DNA from: an uncultured bacterium
GTDB taxonomy: Bacteria > CSSED10-310 > CAZUFC01
NCBI GenBank assembly: GCA_964619725.1
Contig: CAZUFC010000001.1
Span: 140,396 to 204,395, forward strand
Reading direction: 5' to 3'
Length of the DNA stretch: 64,000 nucleotides
The notes under the pieces were generated by a model, which did not search any database, was not told the DNA's origin, and worked only from the letters and a program-made list of their open reading frames with translations. Positions 55,168-64,000 of the stretch are shown here, one piece after another. The number at the start of each line of letters is the position of its first letter. The first letter of the stretch is position 1. The translations under genes were made by a program, and so were the position numbers.

Positions 55168-56847
55168 TTGAAAAAAAACCTCTTTTTGTCGGGGCTTATG
55201 CTGTTATTGATTTTGCTGGTTCGCCTTTTGCACCCCTTCGCAGACCCTCCAGCGGACTTAAGTTGGAGCGGCGGTTACTACAGCGATGAAGGTTTCTGGA
55301 CCCACAACGCCAGAAACGCAGTCCTTTTCGGGAAAGCCGTTCAAGACGACTGGAATAATATGTTCATCAGTCCTCTGATTCACTTTGTCCATCTGGCTGT
55401 TTTTAAAATTTTCGGAGTAGGGATGATGCAGGCGAGAATACCGGTAATTCTCATTTCTCTTTTATCATTTTTTTTCCTTCTTCTTACCCTCCGGTCTGAT
55501 TTTAAAAGAGCTGACGCTCTCCTGGGCGTAAGTCTGGCCGGCTTCAATTATATCCTTATCATGTATAATCGATTGTCGCTTCTTGAGACGCCGATATTGT
55601 TTTTTATAATCATGAGCCTTTTTTTATGGAGAAAAGGGCTGCGGAATGAAAGCCGGATGTATTTCATTTTATGCGGTCTTACTTTAGCCGCTGCCTACAT
55701 GACTAAAACGACCTCGATTTTTTTTCCGGCATCTTTGCTTTTTGCTGCATATTTTTCGAGTTATAAGACAAATGCTGAAAGAAGCAGAATTTTCTTTACG
55801 CGTATAACCTATTTAGCAACAGGAGCGATTTTACCCTTGTCCATATGGTTCTTTTGGCACTATCTTCCCCATCAATCTTTCATTCAGGCTTATAGTGATT
55901 ATTATCGATCTCAACAGAACTCAACTATCTATGGAATAATTAAAAATATTGCTTTTCAGCCTTTTTTCATTTATTTCGCCCGAACCCCTGTACTGCTTTA
56001 TATGGCTTGGACAGCTGTCCCTGCTTTAGTACACAGCCTCTTCGTCAAAAAAGAACGGGGCAAACCGGTCGTAGTCGCAGCTTTTTTCTGGCTTTTATGC
56101 GAGGCGGGCATGCTCAGTCTGTTCGGGTACCGTCCCCTGAGATATTATTTACCCATCATAATTCCCATGTGCATTATTTCTCTTGAATGGCTCACCGCAT
56201 TAAAAAATGAAAATAAAATCATGAACGTCAATATCTCCGTCGTCATTTTTTTTATTATATGGTGGGCTGTTCCGGCACTGGAATGGAGCGGTATGATTGC
56301 TGTGAAATTCAGCTCCTTTTTCGAGCCGCCGGCTTTTTTCACGAACCCGGCCATACCCTGGACTGGCGGCGCCGTTTTTCTTTTTTTAACTGCAGCAAGC
56401 GCAATTCTTTTAATCTTACATTCAAAGAAAAAATTTTTCTCCGATCCCTGCTTCTTGAAAGCGATATTCATGCTGATCCTGACTCTTTATGCTCTGTCCA
56501 ATGGAATTCAATACCTGAACTGGGCTCTGTCTCCGTCTCACGACGTCAGAGACGCCTCTTCAGACTTGAAAAAAATTCCCGATGCCGCAGTGATCGCAGG
56601 GCAATGGGCTCCCCAGTTGTGTTTATGCAATGAACTACAGGCCGTTCCATTATGGAAAAACTATGTGAATGATGAAAATCCCTTTCAACGGTTCCAGGTT
56701 ACTCATCTTCTTTCCTGGCAATATCAATGGGGCGATGAATACAAATATCATCATGATTGGTTTCCCGATGTTATGGCAAGATCAAAAAAAATAAAAACTT
56801 ACAGAATCAAAAATTCGAACGTCATTTTAACGCAAATATTTCCATGA
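55168..56847 (+). CDS. GT-C fold membrane glycosyltransferase (ArnT/GT39-like)
   Basis: DEGFWTHNARN; R...LET; TK; RYY; many TM helices. Confidence 0.78.
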   Translation: MKKNLFLSGLMLLLILLVRLLHPFADPPADLSWSGGYYSDEGFWTHNARNAVLFGKAVQDDWNNMFISPLIHFVHLAVFKIFGVGMMQARIPVILISLLSFFFLLLTLRSDFKRADALLGVSLAGFNYILIMYNRLSLLETPILFFIIMSLFLWRKGLRNESRMYFILCGLTLAAAYMTKTTSIFFPASLLFAAYFSSYKTNAERSRIFFTRITYLATGAILPLSIWFFWHYLPHQSFIQAYSDYYRSQQNSTIYGIIKNIAFQPFFIYFARTPVLLYMAWTAVPALVHSLFVKKERGKPVVVAAFFWLLCEAGMLSLFGYRPLRYYLPIIIPMCIISLEWLTALKNENKIMNVNISVVIFFIIWWAVPALEWSGMIAVKFSSFFEPPAFFTNPAIPWTGGAVFLFLTAASAILLILHSKKKFFSDPCFLKAIFMLILTLYALSNGIQYLNWALSPSHDVRDASSDLKKIPDAAVIAGQWAPQLCLCNELQAVPLWKNYVNDENPFQRFQVTHLLSWQYQWGDEYKYHHDWFPDVMARSKKIKTYRIKNSNVILTQIFP

Positions 56848-56959
56848 AAACTAATTCGTTTCTGCTCATAAACAATTTAAAAATAATCATCTCGACACGC
56901 CCTGACTCATATTGGCAGCCGGCCGGTCGCTGCATCAGATCGTTTCCATGCGGGATAGG

Positions 56960-57160
56960 TGAAATGCCGCCGCCGGATAAAAGACCCACCGGGCCGGACA
57001 ATCCTCCCCCCTTTTTTCGGGCCCTCCCCCGCCCGGGTTTCAGCCCCGGGCATGCTTCCTTCACGGGCGCAGCTCTTCACCGGATCAGAAGGGTCTGAAC
57101 CGCGCCCCCTTTCCCAACCATTAAGGAGTAGTTGTCTTCGTGCGGGCCGCAACTAGACGG
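56960..57160 (-). ncRNA. Putative structured sigma54-dependent ncRNA, copy 2 (3' end uncertain)
   Basis: Homologous to 42391-42570; 11-bp stem 57107-57097/57075-57065; conserved block 57045-57019. Confidence 0.65.
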
Positions 57161-57170
57161 TATAAAACAA

Positions 57171-57186
57171 AGCATATTTCATGCCT
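57171..57186 (-). promoter_or_regulatory. sigma54 (-24/-12) promoter
   Basis: Minus strand AGGCATGAAATATGCT (GG-N10-GC), at the same position relative to the RNA as in copy 1. Confidence 0.7.
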
Positions 57187-57203
57187 AAAACCCCCTTATA
57201 TCA

Positions 57204-57216
57204 TAATCCATTGATT
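57204..57216 (-). promoter_or_regulatory. IHF-binding consensus between enhancer and sigma54 promoter
   Basis: AATCAATGGATTA matches WATCAANNNNTTR. Confidence 0.55.
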
Positions 57217-57253
57217 TTATTAATAAATGAAATTTGGAACCATGGTGCAAAAG

Positions 57254-57286
57254 TCAAAATTTTTGAATTTTTTTCAAATTTCTTGA
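57254..57286. promoter_or_regulatory. Tandem TCAA-N5-TTGA palindromes (putative bEBP enhancer), copy 2
   Basis: Sites at 57254-57266 and 57274-57286 (20-bp period); extra site at 57340-57352. Confidence 0.7.
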
Positions 57287-57511
57287 CCCTCTCTGTCAAT
57301 AAATTCATTTTCACAATATGTTACGCATTGATGCAGCATTCAAAAAATTTGAACTAAAAAAGTGCGGCATTATGGCGTCGATCCAATTACTCAGATTCTT
57401 GAAATCAATTGAAAAACAGGCGGTTATCATGGATCATCATAAATGAGAGAAAAAGAGATTGAAAAAATGATAATTTCCATTTGCTCAGTCCCCGAATTTC
57501 GCATCCTGTAA

Positions 57512-57540
57512 TTGACAAAAGCCATTAAGATTATTATAAT
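57512..57540 (+). promoter_or_regulatory. Perfect-consensus sigma70 promoter for the giant protease gene
   Basis: TTGACA-N17-TATAAT. Confidence 0.8.
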
Positions 57541-57615
57541 TGTAACGGGTTAGGGTCATAATTAAATCCCAAAAAAGATGTCATTCATTTTTGGGAGGGG
57601 AGGGAGATACGTTTT

Positions 57616-60600
57616 ATGAAAAAGATGGGGAGAAGAAGTTTAATTTTGCTTCTGTTTCTTGCGATTTTATCGTTGTTTCCATTATCGATGATTTCAGCAA
57701 AGGAAGGCAATGAAAAGGAGGCAGCGGAGCGTGAGGAATGGTGGCCATACGAGTTGAAGCCGCCTTACGGTAAAGCGGAGAATCCTTTTTCGTCAGATGT
57801 CATAAGACTTGACGTGGGAGAAATTGATCGAAGTTCCGGAATGCCTTCAATGCCGTCCGAATTATTATATGATGGAGAATCTGCGGGGCGAATTCACTGT
57901 ATATTGCAATTCAGAGGCCCTGTATACGAATCATGGAAGAGCGAAGTGCGAAAAAGGGGTGTAACATTATATAACTATGTGCCCAATTATGCATTTTTGG
58001 CATCGCTTGAATCCGATCGAAAAGAATCGCTAATGGAGCTTGAAGAAGTATCCTGGATCGGCCGTTATCATCCTGCATTCAAGATAAGTCCTGATATCGG
58101 TAAAATGCCGTTAACTCATGCGGACCGGAAAGGCGAGAAGGAATTTTATTTAGTTGTAACTTTATTTGAAGACGAAGACCTGGAAAGAGCGGCGAAAGCG
58201 ATAGGGGTAATAGGCGGCAAGGTATTGGATCGTGTGGACAGTGGGACCCGGAAGTCGTTGGAGATCAAGTTGCTTCCGGAAAAGATACCTGATGTGGCAA
58301 AAATGGAAAGCATCAAATGGATAGAAGAGAAGGGCGAATATTTTACAGCGAACAATAAGACTCAGGAGGTAGTACAATCAGGCAGCGTATCGGGCGGGAC
58401 GCCGATATGGGGAGAAGGATTGCACGGCGAGGGACAATTAATAGGGCATTTAGATTCAGGCGTAGATATCGACAGTTGTTTTTTTTATGATCCTGTAGTG
58501 GGCAATAACCCCGGTCCGAGTCATTTCAAGATAGAGGCTTATAGAAATTACGGGAGCGGAGCGCAATATGACGGTTGCGTGGAAGGTCACGGAACGCATA
58601 CTGCAGGAACGGCTGCGGGTTGGGCTGCTTACAACGGATATGCGGCGACTTATGACGGAATCGCTTATGAGGCTCGACTAACGGTAGGCGATATAGGACG
58701 AGATACGTCGAGCGATTGTTATTATGGTTACCTCTATCCCCCATCCTCTCTGACTCAGGTTTATCAGGACACATTAAACGACGGCGGTTATTTACATACG
58801 AACAGTTGGGGCGGCAATTCAAATTCTTATGATTCATATTGTACGGATACAGATGATTTCATGTGGGACAACAAGGATTTTCTTATTTTATATGCTGCAG
58901 GCAATTCGGGACCGGGAAGCGGGAGCGTTCATTATCCCGGCACATCCAAGAACATCGTGTGCTGCGGAGGATCGGACCAGGACCCCAATCAGGATGATAT
59001 GTATTATTACAGCGGTCGAGGTCCCGTGAGCGGAAGTAACCGTTTGGCTCCATCGGTATGTGCTCCGGCAACGGATACGGCGGGGAGCGGAATAACTTCA
59101 GCCCGTTCAGACGGCAGCGTAGATTCGACCATGGAATGTCAGGTGGTCGGCGGATGGTCTGGTACGAGTATGTCGACGCCTGCCATTGCGGGATCGGCAG
59201 CGCTGATTCGTCAATATTTTACGGAAGGCTGGTATCCGTCAGGCAGCAAGACGTCGTCCGATGAATTAACTCCGACAGCAGCGCTGATGAAGGCATCTCT
59301 AGTAAACAGCGCGGTTAACATGTCGGGAACGACGGCGCGTCCATCAAATAATCAGGGTTGGGGACGCATATTGTTGGACAATGTTTTGTATTTCAGCGGC
59401 GAATCCAAAAAATTGTACATCGAAGACGATACAACGGGCATTTCGACGGGCGAAACAATAGATTTCGATATAACGGTGAATTCATCTTCTGAGCCTTTGA
59501 AGGTAACTCTGGTATGGACGGACAGGGCCGGCAATTATTTAACGAATGATTTGGATTTAAGAGTATGGCGAGGATTTTCCAACTGGTACGGGAATAATTT
59601 TACGAACGGCTGGTCCAACACTAATTCGACGGCAGACCGGACCAATCCTGTGGAATGTGTTTATTTAAGTTCTCCAGCGACGGGAGGATATACGATAAGA
59701 GTAAGCGGTTATAATGTGCCGAGCGGGGAAGCGGGAGGCAATCAGCCTTTTGCATTGGTGGTAACCGGGGACATAACGCCGGGATCAGGAGCCACCCCGA
59801 CGCCGACGGTGACGGCAACTCGCACGCCGACCAGAACGCCGACGCGAACGGCTACGCTGACGCCGACCAGAACGGTAACTCTCACCCCGACGAGAACGCC
59901 GACCCGGACATTGAGTCCGACGATCACATCAACCCTTACGCCCACACGAACGCCGACGAGGACGCCGACCAGAACGCCGACCCATACTTTTACTCCCGGA
60001 CCCACATCAACACCGACATTCACTCCAACCCGATCTCCCACGCCCACATTTACCGATACGCCGACGCGGACGCCGACCGTCACGCTGTCGCCTACTCCTC
60101 CGCCGACCTGGACGCCTACACTGAGCCCCACTGTGACTTTAAGTCCGACGAGAACGTGGACCAGAACGCCCACGAGGTCTCCTACCGTCACCTTATCGCC
60201 GACGCGTTCGCCGACCGGAACACCCACTCGAACGCCGACGGTCACTTCAACGCCTACGGCTTCGCCCACAGGTTTGGGTTTCAATCGACGCGTTACGAAT
60301 TTTACGACTAATGAGAGGCATCCGGACATGGTGACGGACAGCCAGGGTAATATTTTTATTTTATATGATTATGAACAAAGTTCGACGAATCGGGACATAT
60401 ATTCGGCCAAATCGACCGACGGCGGTCGAACGTGGAATTCTACGGCTGTTCTCAACGATTCACGTGATACTTTACGTCCGGTTGTCGATTGTTCAGATAA
60501 CGATGATCTTTATGTTACCTTTGAAAATAATTATACCGGCGATAATCATTTCCGTTATATGAAATCGACCGATTCAGGCTCGACCTGGACAGCGGGCAGT

Positions 60601-63600
60601 TATTCCGTTACGGGAATGGAAAACGAGAATCTGGATAATCCCGATATCGCTGTTTCGGGAAGCGGCAGCAACGCCGTCATTTATGCTGCCTTTGATTATC
60701 CCGTAGGAAACAACAGAGATATCCGCTACTTTTTCAGCGACGACGGAGGTTCTTCCTGGACGCACGGAACGCTTGACTGGCAAAATTGGAATAATGAGGA
60801 TCTCTATCCGAAAATCGTAATGGGTCCCAATAATGTTTCTATTTTGTGGGAAGACGAGTATTCCTCCAACGATCATGATATCGTGTCTTATTACAGGGAT
60901 TTGACGGGAGGCAGTTGGACCTATGTCTGGGTCGCCGCTTCCTATGACGATGAGCGTTATCCTGCTGCCACGGCTTACGGTTCTGAATTCAACGTGGTCT
61001 ATCATTATGATAATACGCTTGAAGCGGCACGTTCCACAAATGAGGGCGCTTCTTATACGGACGGATATTCAGTGGATTCCGGCTCTCACCCATCGATAAC
61101 CCGTAGCGGAACCACAGTAAGATCGGCTTATTTTCAATCAGGTTCTATCGTTTATTCTGAATCGTCTAATAGCGGAACAAGCTGGAGTTATATCGATGAG
61201 GCGACTGACGGTTATCACAGCGTATCGGATGACTTGCGCGTCGTAACGTGCAATTATGGAGGCTCACAGCCTTTTGTCGCCTGGGAAGATCAGAGAAACG
61301 GCCACTATGATATTTATTTTGACTGGCCTCTTCCAACGCCGACTCCTACCTATACGGAAACACCCGTCGACACTCCGACGACAACCCCGACTTTCACCAG
61401 GAGTCCAACCCTCTCGCCGACGAACACGGCATCCCCCACCAGAACGCCCACAAAAACGCCGACAGATACACCCACACGGACCCCGACGCTGATTCCCACG
61501 GACACTTTAACGCCTACGGTCAGTCCCACGCGAACGCCGACGCCTACATTTTCTCCCACACGAACTCCGACATCAACCTATTCGCCTACTTTTACGCCCA
61601 CAATAACGCTTTCCCCGACATTAAGCCCGACAAGTTCACCGACCCTCTCACCCACCGATACTCAGACAGCAAGCCCGACAAGAACGCCGACAGATACACC
61701 CACAAGGACCCCGACGCTGACTCCCACGGACACGTTAACGCCTACGGCCAGTCCCACGCGAACGCCGACGCCTACTTCTTCTCCTACACGAACGCCGACA
61801 TCAACCTATTCGCCTACGTTTACGCCCACAATAACGCTTTCCCCGACATTAAGCCCGACAAGTTCACCGACCCTCTCACCCACTGTTACTCCGACAGCAA
61901 GCCCAACAAGAACAGCGACATATACTCCCACACGAACCCCGACGCTGACTCCCACGGACACGTTAACGCCTACGGCCAGTGCCACGCGAACGCCGACAGC
62001 GACTGGTCTGCCTTCGTCAACGCCGACTTCGTCGCCTACATCAACCCTTTCGCCGACATTGAGTCCGACTATTACTCCTACTCTTTCCCCAACGCCAAGC
62101 CCCACTCTTTCAGCTACCGAAACAGCTTCACCGACGCGCACTCCAACTGTCAGCCCGACTTTCACGATGTCGCCGTCTCCCACACGTTCGCCGACTTTCA
62201 CCCAATCTTTAACTCCCACCAGAACTTTATCGCCAACCTTAACTCCGACATATACTCCTACGATGTCGCCTACTCGGACGCCCACGCATTCCCCAACTTT
62301 AACCTTTACTCCCTATCCCACGCCAACCCTCTCGCCGACCAACGCTCCTTCCCCAACGTCCACAGCCTCTCCAACCGCTACTCTTTCTCCGACCAGAACC
62401 TCAACCGATACCCCTACCAATACTCCAACTATTACGAATACCCCGACCGCCACGAGTATCTCCGGCAATATCCAGGTGACTGATTTAAGCGAAAACGAAC
62501 GACATCCGAATATGGCGACCGATTCTTACGGCAATATATATATCGTCTATGATTATGAATTTTCCGATTCTGATCACGACATCTACGTCGCCAGGTCGAC
62601 AGACCATGGTTACACATGGAATTCTTCCGCTGTGCTGGATGATTCCCGGGATACGTTGCGGCCGGCGATAGCAAAGTCTGAAAATGACGATCTTTATGTC
62701 GTTTTTGAAAATAACGAAACGTCGGACAATCATTTCCTTTTCGCCAAATCCACTGACGGAGCGGCAAGTTGGAATGTCGGTTCCTATTCCGTTTCAGGCC
62801 TTGCAAACGAAAACATGGATAATCCGGATATTTCCGTTTCAGGCAGCGGACAATCTGCCCTGATATATGCCGTTTTCGATTACCCGGTTTCTGGAGACCG
62901 GGACATCGCTTATTTTTTCAGCGAAGACGGCGGAACAACTTGGAATCATGGTACGCTCGACTGGCAGACATGGAACAATGACGATCGGTACCCGAATGCC
63001 GTTTTGAGCGGCGACAATGTTTCCATCATTTGGGAGAATGAATATTCTGCGAATGATCATGATATAGTATCTGCATACAGACCCAAGACAGGCGGAGCCT
63101 GGACCAATGTATGGATAGCCCTTTCTTATGATGATGAACGATACCCGGCTTCGGCGAGTGAGGGTAGTGAGATTAACGTAGTTTATCATTATATGAATGA
63201 ACTGCAGGCCGCCAGGTCAGTTGATGAAGGAGCGAGTTTCACGGAAGGATATACAGTGGACAACGGTTCGCATCCCTCATTATCGAGATCAGGCAATCAA
63301 TTACGTTCTGCATTTTTTGATTCAGGATCGATACATTATACCCGTTCGCTTGACAGCGGCGTAAACTGGACGTATGTCGATGAAGCGACAGATGGAAATC
63401 ATACAGTTACGGATGATGTAAGCGTAGTCGACATCAATTTCGGGGCATCTCTTCCTTATACGGCATGGGAAGACCAGAGAAACGGCAATTTCGATATATA
63501 TTTCGACTGGCCGGGTGAAATAGGCTCTCCCACTCCATCGGCTACTTCCACGCCATTAACGGGAACAGCAACGCCCGAACCGACGGGATCGCCGGCGACC

Positions 63601-64000
63601 GGAACAGCGACACCGACAGGAGCAACGCCGACAGGCACATCATCTCCCCTTCCCACGAATACGCCGACCCGAACACCAACGGATGTGCCCACAAGCACGC
63701 TTTCGCCGACTTTGACTCCAACGCTCTCGCCCACAGAGGCGCCGACATTGACGCCAACTAATACCCCAACTCGAACCCCCACGGACGCTCCCACAAGCAC
63801 GTTTTCGCCGACTTTGACTCCCACGCTTTCGCCCACAGAGGAGCCGACATTGACGCCTACTAATACCCCGACTCGAACACCCACGGACGTTCCCACAAGC
63901 ACGTTTTCGCCGACTTTGACTCCAACGCTTTCGCCTACAGAGGAGCCGACATTGACGCCTACTAATACACCGACACGAACACCAACGGATGTCCCCACAA
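57616..64000 (+). CDS. Giant secreted S8 (KP-43-like) protease with two Asp-box beta-propeller domains and three P/T tracts; runs off the window (>2,100 aa)
   Basis: ATG 57616 after GGGAG; signal peptide [23 protein letters not shown] (~58447), GHGTHTAG (~58585) and GTSMSTP (59161) in the same frame; STDGGRTW-type Asp boxes; same frame at 60241 and 62461 (frame spot-checked, not every codon). Confidence 0.9.
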   Translation, partial: MKKMGRRSLILLLFLAILSLFPLSMISAKEGNEKEAAEREEWWPYELKPPYGKAENPFSSDVIRLDVGEIDRSSGMPSMPSELLYDGESAGRIHCILQFRGPVYESWKSEVRKRGVTLYNYVPNYAFLASLESDRKESLMELEEVSWIGRYHPAFKISPDIGKMPLTHADRKGEKEFYLVVTLFEDEDLERAAKAIGVIGGKVLDRVDSGTRKSLEIKLLPEKIPDVAKMESIKWIEEKGEYFTANNKTQEVVQSGSVSGGTPIWGEGLHGEGQLIGHLDSGVDIDSCFFYDPVVGNNPGPSHFKIEAYRNYGSGAQYDGCVEGHGTHTAGTAAGWAAYNGYAATYDGIAYEARLTVGDIGRDTSSDCYYGYLYPPSSLTQVYQDTLNDGGYLHTNSWGGNSNSYDSYCTDTDDFMWDNKDFLILYAAGNSGPGSGSVHYPGTSKNIVCCGGSDQDPNQDDMYYYSGRGPVSGSNRLAPSVCAPATDTAGSGITSARSDGSVDSTMECQVVGGWSGTSMSTPAIAGSAALIRQYFTEGWYPSGSKTSSDELTPTAALMKASLVNSAVNMSGTTARPSNNQGWGRILLDNVLYFSGESKKLYIEDDTTGISTGETIDFDITVNSSSEPLKVTLVWTDRAGNYLTNDLDLRVWRGFSNWYGNNFTNGWSNTNSTADRTNPVECVYLSSPATGGYTIRVSGYNVPSGEAGGNQPFALVVTGDITPGSGATPTPTVTATRTPTRTPTRTATLTPTRTVTLTPTRTPTRTLSPTITSTLTPTRTPTRTPTRTPTHTFTPGPTSTPTFTPTRSPTPTFTDTPTRTPTVTLSPTPPPTWTPTLSPTVTLSPTRTWTRTPTRSPTVTLSPTRSPTGTPTRTPTVTSTPTASPTGLGFNRRVTNFTTNERHPDMVTDSQGNIFILYDYEQSSTNRDIYSAKSTDGGRTWNSTAVLNDSRDTLRPVVDCSDNDDLYVTFENNYTGDNHFRYMKSTDSGSTWTAGSYSVTGMENENLDNPDIAVSGSGSNAVIYAAFDYPVGNNRDIRYFFSDDGGSSWTHGTLDWQNWNNEDLYPKIVMGPNNVSILWEDEYSSNDHDIVSYYRDLTGGSWTYVWVAASYDDERYPAATAYGSEFNVVYHYDNTLEAARSTNEGASYTDGYSVDSGSHPSITRSGTTVRSAYFQSGSIVYSESSNSGTSWSYIDEATDGYHSVSDDLRVVTCNYGGSQPFVAWEDQRNGHYDIYFDWPLPTPTPTYTETPVDTPTTTPTFTRSPTLSPTNTASPTRTPTKTPTDTPTRTPTLIPTDTLTPTVSPTRTPTPTFSPTRTPTSTYSPTFTPTITLSPTLSPTSSPTLSPTDTQTASPTRTPTDTPTRTPTLTPTDTLTPTASPTRTPTPTSSPTRTPTSTYSPTFTPTITLSPTLSPTSSPTLSPTVTPTASPTRTATYTPTRTPTLTPTDTLTPTASATRTPTATGLPSSTPTSSPTSTLSPTLSPTITPTLSPTPSPTLSATETASPTRTPTVSPTFTMSPSPTRSPTFTQSLTPTRTLSPTLTPTYTPTMSPTRTPTHSPTLTFTPYPTPTLSPTNAPSPTSTASPTATLSPTRTSTDTPTNTPTITNTPTATSISGNIQVTDLSENERHPNMATDSYGNIYIVYDYEFSDSDHDIYVARSTDHGYTWNSSAVLDDSRDTLRPAIAKSENDDLYVVFENNETSDNHFLFAKSTDGAASWNVGSYSVSGLANENMDNPDISVSGSGQSALIYAVFDYPVSGDRDIAYFFSEDGGTTWNHGTLDWQTWNNDDRYPNAVLSGDNVSIIWENEYSANDHDIVSAYRPKTGGAWTNVWIALSYDDERYPASASEGSEINVVYHYMNELQAARSVDEGASFTEGYTVDNGSHPSLSRSGNQLRSAFFDSGSIHYTRSLDSGVNWTYVDEATDGNHTVTDDVSVVDINFGASLPYTAWEDQRNGNFDIYFDWPGEIGSPTPSATSTPLTGTATPEPTGSPATGTATPTGATPTGTSSPLPTNTPTRTPTDVPTSTLSPTLTPTLSPTEAPTLTPTNTPTRTPTDAPTSTFSPTLTPTLSPTEEPTLTPTNTPTRTPTDVPTSTFSPTLTPTLSPTEEPTLTPTNTPTRTPTDVPT
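61461..62000 (+). repeat. ~228-bp coding tandem repeat (about 2.3 copies) within a P/T tract
   Basis: GACA(G/T)ATAC registers at 61461, 61689 and 61917. Confidence 0.8.
63660..64000 (+). repeat. 102-bp (34-aa) coding tandem repeat, at least 3.3 copies
   Basis: GAAC(A/C)CC registers at 63671, 63773, 63875 and 63977. Confidence 0.85.

Noticed and set aside
57019-57034. Opposite-strand reading as a cuckoo-like anti-SD (CCUCCCCC loop) RNA
   Set aside because: The G-U pairs of the 11-bp stem become A-C mismatches on that strand, and the sigma54 promoters point the other way
59742-63998. Val/Gly-rich minus-strand ORFs (VGVRVG repeats), also 51392-51676(+)
   Set aside because: Antisense shadows of Pro/Thr codon tracts
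63660-64000. CRISPR-like periodicity
   Set aside because: Whole 102-bp units repeat in frame without unique spacers; no cas genes

Overview
Chromosomal segment from an anaerobic diderm bacterium (it carries LptD). The lineage is probably uncultured and possibly close to Acidobacteriota; this is inference only. Contents in order: a group 3b [NiFe] (sulf)hydrogenase operon preceded by GcvH-like regulatory genes; trxA-accD-lptD; dTDP-L-rhamnose genes and a Gmd/Rmd-like pair; three GT-C membrane glycosyltransferases; an orphan DNA methyltransferase; AmmeMemo genes; and a set of secreted proteins with Pro/Thr-rich linkers. One of these is a >2,100-aa S8 protease starting at 57616 that runs off the window and is absent from the ORF track. 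Two signals stand out. (1) Two dispersed copies of an apparently unannotated structured ncRNA unit, at ~42391+ and ~57160-. Each has tandem TCAA-N5-TTGA enhancer sites, a sigma54 -24/-12 promoter, covarying stems and a GGGGGAGG loop. (2) A ~115-120-aa C-terminal domain (NP...Y[YF][FY]xP...FxWPE...FG[YW]) shared by three unrelated secreted proteins after a P/T linker, which is a candidate new sorting/anchoring signal. A second shared C-terminal domain (TPG[YF]W...DAINN) occurs in two other secreted proteins. I saw no rRNA, tRNA, CRISPR array or intact mobile element. All calls are by eye, with no database searches.
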